From Camelus dromedarius (lineage: Eukaryota), in NCBI RefSeq assembly GCF_036321535.1, contig NC_087437.1, forward strand, positions 72,976,001-73,040,000: a stretch of DNA of 64,000 bases. Direction: 5' to 3'. Positions within the stretch are counted from its first letter, which is position 1. Every line of letters begins with the position of its first letter. Both the position numbers and the translations under genes were made by a program. Of the stretch, positions 41,693 through 54,480 are shown in pieces. The notes under the pieces are model-generated. The model saw only the letters and a list, made by a program, of their open reading frames with translations. It was not told where the DNA came from and did no database searches.

Positions 41693-41855
41693 CTGGGATT
41701 GCCAGATGGGAAAGGGGGACGTTGTGGAGGTGAGTAGGGAGCGAGGCCATCCAGTCGGCATTGCAGACCTCCAATGATGTCTTTGTCCCGCTGGGGTTGG
41801 GGGAGCAGATGGTCCCCATCCTGAGTTTCCTCCTTACCTTCCTAATAGCTAGCAT
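41693..41855 (-). CDS. PLCXD2: PLCXD2 coding exon 1 (PI-specific phospholipase C X domain-containing 2)
   Basis: ATG at 41855; MLAIRKVRRKLRMGTICSPNPSGTKTSLEVCNADWMASLPTHLHNVPLSHLAIP+G with the PLCXD-type DWM..LP...PL..LAIPG motif; donor CAG|gtattc; 163 nt, phase 1. Confidence 0.95.
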
Positions 41856-42169
41856 CCCTCTCTGTCAGTCAACTGCCCAGGCTCAGCCCAGCGCCACTCA
41901 CTCAGCGATCATCATTGCCCCGGGCTCTCAAGCATTTCAGAGCCACCTTTGTCACGCCAGTCTTGCCAAAAGGCCGTTCCGCTGGGTAGACGGGGCAAAT
42001 AGGTTCCCTGGCCCCCGGCACCCGCAGTCCCTACCCTCTCCGGCCCAGCTGCTCTTCCACTCCCTTAATCTGCTCAGCCCCGGCTCCGTTAAACTTCTTA
42101 GGTTCCCCCTCTGGGGCCGGGGGAAGGTGGGCTCCTCGAGTTAAATCTTACAGAAACTGAACGTCCTAC

Positions 42170-42650
42170 AAGCAGCCACGCCCGGAGCCACTCACACGAC
42201 AGGTGCCCACACGGCATATGGACACGCCGGTGGGTCTATACACATGTGAGCGCCCGGACGCAGCATCCTCAGCCCGATTCACACTTCTGTGTGTGTCTCT
42301 GGGCTGGCACATACGCCGGGCCTGCCTGCTATCCCTCCCCCGGCTCCTCAGCCCAGGTTCCCCCGGCCCTGTGGCTTCCTGAAGGCGCCCAGAAGTGTAA
42401 CCGGCGGCACCCGGACTCCGGCAGCCCCGCCCCGCACTGCCGGGCAGATTTGCCGGGCTAGGCGGCCGGTGATTGGCCGCTGGCGGAGCGCGCTCCGATT
42501 GGCCCGCGTCCTCCCGGGCTGCCCCTCCGAGCGGCGCCCACCCCTCCACTGCCCGCCGATACTCCCGCCTTCCTGCTCGTAGACGGACGCCGCCGCAGGG
42601 GCTGCGGGCCGGGCAACCTGCGCGCTCGGGCTCGTCGGGTCTTGGGTCAG
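42170..42650 (-). promoter_or_regulatory. CpG-island promoter / 5' end of PLCXD2
   Basis: Strongly GC- and CpG-rich, 300-800 bp upstream of the ATG; two minus-strand CCAAT boxes (42472-42476, 42498-42502); GC box ccccgccccg at 42425-42434. Confidence 0.85.
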
Positions 42651-42733
42651 AGAAGTCTTCATTCCTCCGGCTTTTCACGCAGTCAGGACTCAGATGTCAA
42701 ACGCAACCGTACGTTTCCTTCTTTTTTTCTCCG

Positions 42734-42787
42734 ACACACAGACACACAGACACACACACAGACACACACACACACACACACACACAC
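42734..42787 (+). repeat. Interrupted (CA)n microsatellite upstream of the PLCXD2 promoter
   Basis: Read directly from the sequence. Confidence 0.95.
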
Positions 42788-44905
42788 GGCAGTTACACAG
42801 AGTAATTCATTTTTAATAAACCACAGAAGCAGCAGAAATATGAGGTAAAAAGGCCAAGGAAGGTGAAGAATATCGTATTTGGATGACAACGTCAAGGATG
42901 ATTTGTGTTTCAACCATTACTCAATTAAGATTCATCTACACACCACTTCTTCCCATTTTACAGGGAAGGAAATAGATGCTTCACACTTGTGTTGCCCGTT
43001 GTTTCGAACCTTCTAAATTCTTCGTCCCATTTGCTCTTCACTGTGTCCCATAAGGCAAGGAGGTTTGCCGATATGATCCCCCTTTCATAGATGAAAGTCC
43101 AGGCGCCTTCTGGGAGCAGTTTCTGTGGTGGCACCATTTGGAAACCCTATTTTGGAATGAGACCCTGGAGCCCTGAGGTCTGTAGGCATACCAACCCATT
43201 TCTCTGCTTTCTGCAACATTCCCTTCTCTTTCAAATGATCCTTTTCCATGGTGCAAACGTTATGGTCTCTAATGGTAAGAGAATCTTGCACATCAGTAAT
43301 CACTGAAACACCTTGGCAGCCAGGCCAGTCAAGAAAAACACCCTGACCTTGATGTTGGGGCCCAGCAGGGCTTCAGGCCAGGCAGCTCTTCAGTGACTCA
43401 GGATGGGCTTATGGGAAAAGGAAACTGCAGTCAGTGCCAAGACTGAAGGCTCAGATACAGACAGATCTGCAGGTCAGCTGACATTTAATCACCAAAAGTC
43501 CTCACCTCCTCTCCGAGGTAACCACACAGCAGCAATGCAGCTACTTTTCTATACACGTAACTTCTGCTGCATGTTGCCCCCTTTTGACATCTTACTAAAT
43601 TTCCTCTTCTGGGCTATTATTAACATTCACTTAAGCCTGCTTCTCAGCCTTTTGAGCTGTGTAACATTACCAAAAGTCTGTTCATTTGTTTTTTACTGGA
43701 GGAGTATGCCTTGGTTAATAAAAAGAAAGTCTACACTATTTATCATATAGCTTCTAATTCTTAAAGAACACTTCAAGGTAGTTCTCTACATATTGGGATT
43801 AAGTCACCTAGCTATTTTAGTCGATGGAATTCCCCCATCTCCACCACCACCCCTCAAAAAATAACACTATGAAGGAATAGCCCAAGATTTATTTTGCAAA
43901 TGTCACCTTTCTGGACTTCCTTTGAACTGAAAAAAAAATTTGTTTTAATTCCCAAACACAAAACTTTATGAAAGCAGCCTACGGCAAACAAAATGTGTTC
44001 TTTAAGCTCTACTGTGGAGTGTCAGTTTCAATGTCTTTTTTCCCCTTATTTTTCAGCTCTTAATGGGAGGAAGGAGCATAATAAAAAAGCATTAAGCCCT
44101 AGACTTAGAGACATCACTGTGTGAGAACTTGAAAATAGGAGAAGTAGGACCACTTCAGAATGAGATGTTTTACACCTCTGGCAGTGTTTGCAATTAAAAC
44201 TATTTGCTTTGTCCAAGGAAACAGTTCAAAAGAAGGCAACACCCTCCATATGTTCTTGAATCAGTCATGGAGGAAATTTTGCGGGTGAAAACACAGTCTC
44301 CAGTATGGTACTCGGCACACAGCAGGGGCTCTATAAATATTTGCCAGAAGGAGGGAGATGCTCAGGAGAACACACTCTGCTGGGTTCTGGGTAGCACCTC
44401 AGAGCAGCGCTTTTCAAACTTTAATGTGCAAATCAGCTGTATTCTGATTGAGCTGGTCTGAGACAGGCCCGAGGTTCTGCATTTCTAACAAGATTCTAGC
44501 TGGTGCTGATACTGCTGGTTCAAACCCATCTTGAATAACTAGCAAGGCTTTAGGAAACAGACTCATGTTTGATAGGTGGGAACATGTATTGCGTTTTCCT
44601 TCTCTTTTCTAAGATTTTATAATATTTTGTCACTTTTATAATGAAAAAAATAAATTTGCATTAAAAATCCCAGCTAAGAATTTCTAACTATTAGAGAATA
44701 GTTTTTCTGTCGTACATTGTAATGGAAACCAAATTATCAGTGGGATTTTTATATTATGACACAGTTGCTTTCGATAAACTAATTTTAAAATAAGAAAAAC
44801 TTTTATAATTTGGATAGTTAATCTTTTCTTCTACTGTATTATGAAATTTATCAAAGGGAGAGGAGACCAAGTAAACAGGAGGACTGAAATTTTAAAGCAA
44901 GTCAG

Positions 44906-44936
<31 letters not shown>

Positions 44937-45480
44937 TATTGAAGTATAATCAGTTTACAATGTTGTGTCAATTCCTGGTGTACAATATAATGCTTCAGTC
45001 ATACATGAACATACATATATTCATTTTCATATTCTTTTTCACCATAAGTTACTACAAGATATTGAATATAGTTCTCTGTGCTATACAGTATGAACTTTTT
45101 GTTTATCTATTTTATGTATATTATCATCAAATCTTGAACTCCCCAGTTATCCCGTCCCACGCTCTTCCCTCCCTACCCCCATAACCATGTTTGTTTTCTA
45201 TGTCTATAGTCTGTTTCTGTTTTGTAAATAAGTTCGTTTGTCTTTTTTTTTTTTAAGATTCCACATGTAAGTGATATCATATGGTATTTTTCTTCCTCTT
45301 TCTGGCTTACTTCACTTAGAATGACAATCACTAGGTCCATCCATGTTGCTGCAAATGGCATTCTTTTATTCTTTTTTATGGCTGAATAGTATTCCACTGT
45401 ATAAATATACCACAACTTCTTTATCCAGTTATCTGTCGATGGACATTTAGGTTGTTTACATGTCTTGGCTATTGTAAATA
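44906..45480 (-). mobile_element. L1 3' fragment with ORF2 C-terminus and 3' UTR
   Basis: Translation WYIYTVEYYSAIKKNKRMPFAATWMDLVIVILSEVSQKEEEKYHMISLTCGI is the typical L1 ORF2 C-terminus. Confidence 0.92.
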
Positions 45481-48400
45481 ATTAGAGAAAGTCAGTTTTA
45501 ATCAGTAATTACAACCAAGGGAGTGTTTATCATGTACAAATCATGCTGACTGGTGCTAGGAATGGAAGAAAAGTTAAATAAAAGTTGGAATCTGATGAGC
45601 CTCAGATAATAATTCAGGAGAAAACAGAGTAAAATATGTGAATTCCAAAATGTAACGTGAGGCTGAATGCAGGGATAATAGAGATACATGTGGAGGACAA
45701 TAAAGAGGTACGCATTTTTATGAGGGAAGGAACAAAGGATGCATTATTAGAAGAGGTAGCATTCAAGCCAGGTCTGGAATTCTGAGAAAAGTTTTTGCAA
45801 GTGGAAAATGGGTGGAGGGTTTTGGTGCAGGAAAGGGATTGTGTAGCTGAGAAAACATAACCAAAGCTGTGACAATGAATGGGAGATGTGAGAAACAAAA
45901 ACCACACAAGAGTGGCAGCACGTGGAGTATATGGGGAATACAGCTCACTTACTCTCACGAACCTCACAAGAGCCCAACGAGTTAGTTCTATTCCTACCGA
46001 CAACAGACAAAGGCCACTGCTGCTTAGAGGCCCTGTAACTCTGCCCACGAGCTCCTAGCTGGTTAGTGGCAGAGCTGTGACTCCAAGTCTCTTGATCATT
46101 ATGTCACTGGCTTCTCATTATATGTTACCTATTATTATTGTAAACCCGGTAAAGGATGTTTATGACCAAAGTACATTAAGGAGTTTTGACCATTTTTCCC
46201 TATAGATAAAAGGGGCCATTGCAGGTTTTTGAGAAGGGGAGTAGAATGATCCACGTTGTATTTTAGGAAGATAACTCTGGCACAGTGAACTATTGGAGAA
46301 AGACAGTCTTTCAGGTAAATCACTGAAATCGGCTATCTAAGCAAGAACAAAGTGAGAAAGCACACTGCAGTGCTGGCGCACGGAGACCGCGTGCTGGGCC
46401 TTTTAAACTACGGCGCTTGCCACCCCAACCCCACTTCTCATCTCCAAGGACCTATAACTCAAGGGCCTGAGTGGACCACTTGGAATTACTTTCATCACAT
46501 GAAAAGTCTCATCAAACTGTCCATTCATTTTTATCATATGTGACCAAACGTGTTTCTGTGAATACGTCTACAAATTTTGTTTTCTTTTTTGGAAATGTTT
46601 TTCTCCATTATTTGATCCAGGACCCTACTGAATTCCTAAAGAGGTGACAGTAGGCTTTGCCTTTTCTTAGAAGCTACATTATATTTTGGAAATGTTTAAG
46701 ATGGTTCAGTTTCTTTTGAATGATTGCATAAAAGAACACCGATGGTCCTAGGGCAGCTTGCCATTTGGGCAGATCTGGTTGGCAGGGCAAGATGGCCTGG
46801 ATTTTCCTTGACTGAAGGTACCCTAAGAGCCTTGGAAGAAACTCTTAATGATACTGGGGCTGGGGCTGTCTCTGGCCCCACATCTAAGACCCTGTGCTGT
46901 CTTACCTTCGAGTCTGTGTGCTAGATGGGAAAGGAAGAGACCTCAAAGAGCATTAGCATCCAGGCATGTGTTTGGCCCAGGGACATTGCCTGGAGGTGAG
47001 AGAAGTGGTGTGATCCTTGAATTCCATAGTAATGTCTCATTCACAATTTTTTTTTTCCTGGCTGGAGGGTGTGGGGAGGGTGAGGGACTGACACGAGGCG
47101 CCCAGTAAATGAAAGATGGGGTGGAGTGTAAGCCTGCTCTGCTTTGTGCCTCATACTCGCAAAGTTTATCCCTAGTCATTCCCAACCTCCTTTCCCCAAT
47201 TCAAGACCAGAAAACTATGTGATAAGGATCAGAGTAGAATGAAGAAATGTCACCCATGTGGGTGGTGCTAAGGACATGATGACAGTAGCAACAATTACCT
47301 TCAGGAACAGTGACATCACTGCAGCAGCTCGAGACACTCAGGAGTGTTCATGTAAGGGCAGGTAGCCAAGCACACTGCCTTGGGAGCACAGATGATACAA
47401 CTCAGACATTCAGGAATGAGTCAGGAGCTGGGGATCAGTTACTTTGTTGATCAGGGCTAGAGCCAGGGACCACATTATTGTGACCCAGTTCCAGATCATA
47501 CCCAGGTGAGTGCCTTTAAGAATGTGAGTAAGAGAGCAGCGGCTGGTTAAACAGGAAGTCACTAGTGTGGTATCACCTCATGCCCACCCAGCATTTAAGC
47601 CCACACAGGGATTCTGTAGGAGACAGAAGTGAATGCCACAGTAGCCGGCCAAAGCATTGTTCCTCCTGAACGTGAAAGCTTGGTGGTCAGGCAGGTTCTG
47701 GGAGCCTCTCTGCCTTTTATATTATTAGACATCAAGTGTTTCTGGTATATTTAAAGAAAATTTCCTTTAACAACACAATGTTGCTATCATACTTCTTAAT
47801 CATTTATTTATTTCTTTACTTATTTACTTTTGCTACACATTAAAAAAAATTACATATATGTACTGCTCATTATTTCTAAGGATGTTTAGAGCTTTAGCTT
47901 TTTAAACTTAGTTATCAAAGGAATAAAGCCAACCACAAAATAAGAGTTAATTCAAAAAGATACATACACCCTGCTATTAACAAATGTTGTTATAATACTT
48001 TTGAGAGAAGCTAAAAACAAGAGATGATGGTAAAATTAGTTTAATGTCCATTTATTCCTTCTAGTGCGCCATACTCCTGCACCCTCTTGCACTCCCCCTT
48101 CCCACCCACCCCGTCAACAAAAAGGTAACTGAGAGGCTGAAGACCTTTATTTTCCAGTTAGTTAGCTGGTCAAGCTGCAAAGTGCCTGATTTAATATGTT
48201 ATGGAGCCACCTTCTGGTAGTAAAGGCACACTTCATGCGCACAGTGAGTTTGCTCTGTTTCAATTACCCTGAAAAAATATCTCCATGTCACCGGCACCCG
48301 TAAGAACAGCTGGGAGGTTATATAAAATACAGATTCCTGGGTCACACTGCAACCCTACTGAATCAGATCCCCTGGGGTGCCTTTTTTTCTGCCTTTTAAA

Positions 48401-50164
48401 AAAATTTCCTCGGGGGACTTTTACGTCCCAAAAGCTTTAAATCAAGACTTTGAAATGTCAATCAATTTTTGCAGTTCTTGTCCATGTTGTATGTAAATTT
48501 AAGCAATCAGAGAAAACCATTTTGGTTTAACTGGCAGGAAAACCAAGTGCTCTCCCTAATTACCCCGCCCCAAGGTTCCTGGAATTATGAGTGACATAAG
48601 CTCTTAGGAGAACGCGTGCGTACTAGTGTGTATATTCTTAATCATTTGACCTGCAGTCGAAATTAGAATGACCTCTGTACATTTGTTATTCATTTAGCAG
48701 AGTTAATTTTTAAAAGGAGTACATTCTTTTTTAATGACCTGATTCTGCATATTGGGTTGCTGGCATCAGTTGGAAATACGATGATGCCGCATCACCCAAG
48801 GAGTAAATATCAGGGTAGCTGGGAGCAGATATTGTCCTTCTCTCCTAACTTCATTATTAAAGTTACAAGTTTGAAAAAACAACTTCAACCAACGTAAATA
48901 ATTCTTTTTTTAAAAAGACAAAGTAAATAATTTCTAAGTAAATAAAAATAATAAATCTTTGGTGTTTTTCCCTTATCAACTCTCTCTGAAGGTAGCAGGG
49001 TCCGATGGAAGATTGACCTTTTTTCCAATCATATTCTGTATTTTCCCTCCTGCAGCTGTAAAACTGCATCTTTACACACTGAAGCCATTCCTTCCTCTCC
49101 TCTTTATTACTTTGCTTTACTCAAATCTTTGACTTCTTTTGCTAGGCCTGGGATGACTGGAACATTTTTACATAAATATGGAACTGATATTCTAAGGTCA
49201 TGCTGCAGCCGGCAAAAATTTGAATTGTGGTTTTGGGAGTAGTTTTCTAATAAAGTGTTTACATTGGTTACATACTCTAGCCTCTTGGACAGCTCAACAT
49301 TTTCTCTACCCCCTCCCCACATTCAGCACCCAGGATGAGATGCTCTGACCTCAGCAAGCCAGTCTCAGAAGACACTTAGTGATGTTCTCAGAGTGAGGAG
49401 AATGAAAGGCCAGGATAGGAGTCACCTTTGGCGCTTCCAGCACCTTCACGGTGGCAGGACTGGTATGTGTGTGGCCCGAGAGCAGAATTCCCCAGCTCTT
49501 CCACCTGAGATGCCCTAACCCTGGGGAACGGTAAACGTGTACTCTCTGGAGCCCTGTAAGGCAAGCACTTATCATGGCATTTCTTTCAAGTTGCATGTTT
49601 TGTTTGTTTGTTTAACAAATTCATTCAAACTTTGTTATATGTAGACTACACTTGAATAAAATTGATGTTCTAGATGTGCTATGTTTATCTTGTGGCTTCG
49701 AGTCCCTTCTGGCACACACCCATATCCCTGGGCATTCATGTCCCCCAAGATGAAAGTCTCAGGTCTGAGGGAAAGGTACCAAAAAGCTTATTAGACACAG
49801 CAAAGATTCTTGGTTCACTCAAGCTCCAACCCACTCGGTGAGGTGGAAGACCACACGTGGATGTGAGGCCACAGCTTGAACTAGTATCCATTTGCCCAAA
49901 CCTTAGGCAACTTGGAGCAACAGCAGGTTAACAGTCAGTGACACAGGCCAGATTTCTCTTGCCACTGGAGACGTAACTATCTCCTTCAAAGAGCAGGGGA
50001 CCAAAAAATTCCTACCTAAGACTTCTACTCTCCATCAGGTAAAAGCTTCACCTATAGAACGAACTCCCATGGCTATTCTCTGACATGTTGAGATCTGTTC
50101 TTGCTCTCAGAGTTTCAGACCACAGCTCCTCACCTGGCTAACTGGCGTTCTTCCCCCGGGGTCT

Positions 50165-50465
50165 TACTGAGAGTAACTGACACATGACATTGTGTAAGTG
50201 TGTACAAGGTGATGAGGTGATACATGCATATGTTGGGAAATGTTAACCACAATAAAGTTAGTTAACACATTCTTCGCATCACATAATTACCTTTTTTTGT
50301 TGTTATGGTGAGGACATTTAAGATCAATTCGTTTAGCAACTTTCAAGTATACAATACAGTATTGTTAACTACAGTCACCCTGCTGTACTTTAGATTCCTC
50401 AGAATTTGTTCCTCTTACAACTGGAAGTTTGTGCCCTTTGACCAACATCTCATTCCCCTCACCCC
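50165..50465 (-). mobile_element. L1MA-type 3' end
   Basis: ttagcaactttcaagtatacaatacagtattgttaactacagtcacc...actggaagtttgtgccctttgaccaacatctc. Confidence 0.8.
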
Positions 50466-51769
50466 TGATGGTGTTTGTGTGTCCTTAGTTTAGTCTTCAC
50501 CGATTCCCTGGGTCTGGCTTTCTCTCGGCACCTGTGGATATCTGACTGATTCCACCCACAGGAGTGAAACTTTGAAACTGACCTAGAAACCTGTTCAATC
50601 TAAGGCATCTGTCAACCCACCCAGATTTAGACCCTGATCTCCTCTAGCCTGACTGGCCTTGCACAATAAGAACATTTTGAAGAATATAGATGTAAGTGGA
50701 TGTACTGATCCATGACATGGAATGAGTCAAACAAAATCTCAGCTCACCAGATTTAGTTAGAGACTGTCACCTCAGTTCTCTGTTCCACAAGGGACTTTTC
50801 TATCTCTCCTTCACTCATTTGCCATCACCCAGACCATTCGTGCACACAGTACTGAACTGAGTGCTAACCTGGCCCAGGGCTTCTGCTCACTCTGGGGGTG
50901 CTGAGCTGTCTCCACGGCATTCCAGTCCCACAGAGGAGTTCACTGCATGCATTTCCTTAACTCTGAGTTCTGATTTGAACATGCTACCCAAGCAACACAA
51001 CAGACTAAAAAGTTTGGTCTCAGTAAACCAAACTTAAGTCTCAGTGCATCTTCAAAGTAAGTATTTACTGAACACATACAAATTGGTCAAGCTGTTTGGT
51101 AAAAACTTGGAGAGAGGAATAAAGTTCTCTAGGAGAAGAAAGGGAGGTGGTTGCTGGGTCTTCTGCCCCCACTTCTGCTTGGGGAGCCCCAGGTGGGAAG
51201 CTGCACCCTGAGCCAGAGCCCGCCCCCACTATGCCCGTGGGCGGGGTCCCGCCGCGGGCACTGCTGTAACTGTGAACTGTTTCCATAATTTCTGCTAAGG
51301 TGTCACTTAGCAGAAAACACTGCCCAAGGGCTTGAGCAGGAACTGGAGTTTCTCTCTTGGGTGAATTCCGGAGAGACAGCTTAGTCTCCTTTGATATAAA
51401 GTGGTTTAATGGTGAGAGGAAAAGTCTGCCCGGGAGTTCTGGGGAAATCAAAGGGCTCCATTCATTTCCTTAAGAAAGAAAAACTGATTGAAGTTTTGGT
51501 GGGTCCCAGCCAGTACCTATGGCAGAATAGGACCCAGAAATGAAACAAAAACAGTCAACTTGCAGGATGAATCCTCATTTATTTTATTCTGAACTTTGAG
51601 ATTAAATAACACCCAGAAATAGAGAGGAAACTCCTCCAAAGAAATGGATCTTGGTATCTTGTCATAATGACTAAGGGCTGTAATGTTTGGAAAAATAGGC
51701 TGGTTTTGAATCAAATTAAGCATTATTTATTAGGGTCTTAAGAACTTTCTTCCTTAAGCTTTCTTTTTG

Positions 51770-54480
51770 GAAAAAACTTTTTAAAAAGTTTGCAAAAATA
51801 AAAACAGTAGAATAAAAAACCCTGCATATTCCCTTTACCTAGATTTATCTATTGTTAATATTTTATCACCTGCTGTTCTCTCTCCCTGCATGTAAATGTA
51901 CATACGCATGCACGCATGTGTGTGTATTACATACCCATGCGCACATACCCACCTGAGAGTAAGTTATATACATCATGGCCATTTACCCTAAATACTACAG
52001 TGTGCATTTTCTAAGAGTAGGAAAATTCTCTTAGATAACCACAGCAGAGTTATCAATACTTTAATCTAGTTTCATGCTTTATTTCAGTTTTCTCAGCTGC
52101 TCTGACAAATGTCAGATCTGATTTGCCAGATTTCTTTTATAGCTTTTATTCTCCTACAGTAAAGGATCTAGTCTAGAGTTACATAGTGCAATTAATTGTC
52201 ATGTCTTTTTAGCCTTCTTTAATCTGGAATATTTTCAGAGCTCCCCTCCTTTTTTGCCTTTAGGCATTTCCTATTTTGTGTCTTATTTGATGCTACTTTG
52301 TGACTGGATTCAGGTTATTCATTCTCTGCCTTAATATTACACAGGAGATAGTGTGTCCTTCTCAGGGTATGACATCTAAAGGAGCAGGGTGTCCATCTGT
52401 CTGTCACTGATGTTAATTTTGATCACTTGATCAAATGGTTGTCTAATTTCTCCACTACATAATTACTGTTTCTTTTTTCCTCCCTTGTAGCTAATAAGCT
52501 TACTTCAGGTGGACCATTAGAGACCATGAGAATAGCCTGATTGTCATTAAAATTTCGTTAATTTAGTATTTGATGATGAATCTAGACTGATTCAATCTTT
52601 ACTATAATGATTATGAAATGGTAAGTTTCCAACTTCAGCACTTCGGTACTTACTAGTCAGCTCTCAGCATTCTACTGTAGGCAACAGCCCTCTATTCCCT
52701 TCTTTCCCTTCTCTCTCCCTTCCTTTTCTTTCTTTCCTTTTCTTCCTTCCTTCCTTTCTTTCCTTTGCTTTTCTTTTCCTTCATTCATCCCTTCCTTCCT
52801 CCCTTTTCTCTCTCCCCCTCACCTTATGTCTGTCATCTATTACTGGTAAGGATTCATGAATTCCTACTTTTCTCAATGGGTTCTAACTCATTGTATAGGT
52901 AATTATATTGGTGCTTAAATTGTCCTAGGTTTGACCAGCAGGAGATGTCAAGCTGACCCCTGTGTCTTTCTGACATACCCCTAGCATTTTTTGGAATATG
53001 TTCTTATTTTCTGGCGTAAGAAGATAGTCCGATCTCATATTGTATCTACTTTGTCCCTCATCAGATATTTCTCTGAAAAGTTTTTATTCCTTTCAGCATG
53101 AAATTATATTAGTGGCCAAAATCTGAGTGTCAGGCATGTTTACTGCTACCAGAATATCTTTGCCTCTTGGTCCATTCAAAAGACAGATCTGGGGAAACTA
53201 GGCATGCACATATACTTGCAATACAACACACGTGTCCACTGCACTGTCAAGCTTACCACCATCATAGGGATAGATGGACATCATATAATATAAATTATAC
53301 GTATTTACATAAATATACTTTTTAATTTTTCCTTCTTTCTTACACAGAAGTAGCATATTACATACTCTTTGCACTTTGCTTTTTTTCTCTTCATACTAAC
53401 TCCCGGAAATCACTCCATATTAGTCAATAGAGATTTTCTTCTTTCTTGTTTTCACAGCTGTGCAGTTTGCCATTTTGTGTATTTACTATAGTTGATTCAA
53501 TCAGTCTCCTATGTTTGTACATTTGGATCGTTTTTAGTAGTTGGCAATGACAAATAATGCTCCCAGGAATAACTTTGTGCATATATAGTTTGATGTCATT
53601 GGAAGCTGAGCTTCAGGGTAAATTCCTGAAGTGAAGTTGCTAAGTCAAAGGATAAATTAATATGGAGTTTTATTCGATATTGTCAATTCCTCTCTGTAGT
53701 GGTGGTACCATCTTGCATTCCCTTCAGCAATATATGAGAGTGCCTGTTCCCCCACAGCCTTGACAACAGAGCATGTTGTCAAACTTTTCAAATTCTTGAC
53801 AAGTGAATGAGGAAGAAACAATGTCTCAGTGAAGTTTTGATTTGCATTTTTTTCAATGTGAATGAACTTGAAATTTTTTCAAGTGTTTAAGATTTACTTT
53901 TGTACCTTTTTTTGGTGACTCATTGGTATCATATCCTTAGCCCATTTTTCCACAGAATTTTCCAGCTTTTTTTATCCTCAATATTTGTAAGTTCTTTATT
54001 ACTTTTTATTCATGAGATATGTTGTGAATATTTTCACCTAGTTTATCATTTGCCTTTTGACTTTGCTTTTTTTCCATGTGAATTATGTTTAAGTAGTCAA
54101 ATTTATCCATCTTTCCTTTCATTGGATCTGGTTATATACATATATTTGCATAGTTACAGTTGCAGTAATTTTATATACTATAATTCTAGTATAGTATATA
54201 ATATGGCCATGTGTATATATACACACTATAGTATATGTTTGTGTGTGTGTATATATAGTTATATATTAATAGGTATAGATATGCACACACATCTTATGTA
54301 CATTTAGAGTTAAGGAATATCCCATTTTCTCAAGAGCTTTTATTAGGAATGAGTGTTGAATTTTATCAAAGGCTTTTAAAGCATCTACGGAGATTAATCC
54401 TACACTTTTCTTCCTAAACCCTATTTATATGGTAAATTACATTGAGAGATGTTCTATCATTGAGCCCTCCTGGTATAATC
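51770..54480 (-). mobile_element. Cluster of ancient L1M (MC/ME-like) fragments with low-complexity inserts
   Basis: AT-rich; motifs such as gcattcccttcagcaatatatgagagtgcctgttcccccacagccttgacaaca and gttttgatttgcattt; boundaries approximate. Confidence 0.65.
52700..52820 (+). repeat. CT-rich low-complexity tract
   Basis: About 120 bp almost entirely pyrimidine. Confidence 0.9.

Noticed and set aside
42166..42913. Several overlapping 70-170 aa ORFs
   Set aside because: Stop-poor GC-rich promoter DNA and a CA repeat; no recognisable domains.
45173..45415. 80-aa ORF as a functional gene
   Set aside because: C-terminal remnant of L1 ORF2 in a 5'-truncated copy.
53900..54307. Hydrophobic 135-aa ORF resembling a membrane protein
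   Set aside because: Product of T-rich antisense L1 and (TA/TG) low-complexity sequence.
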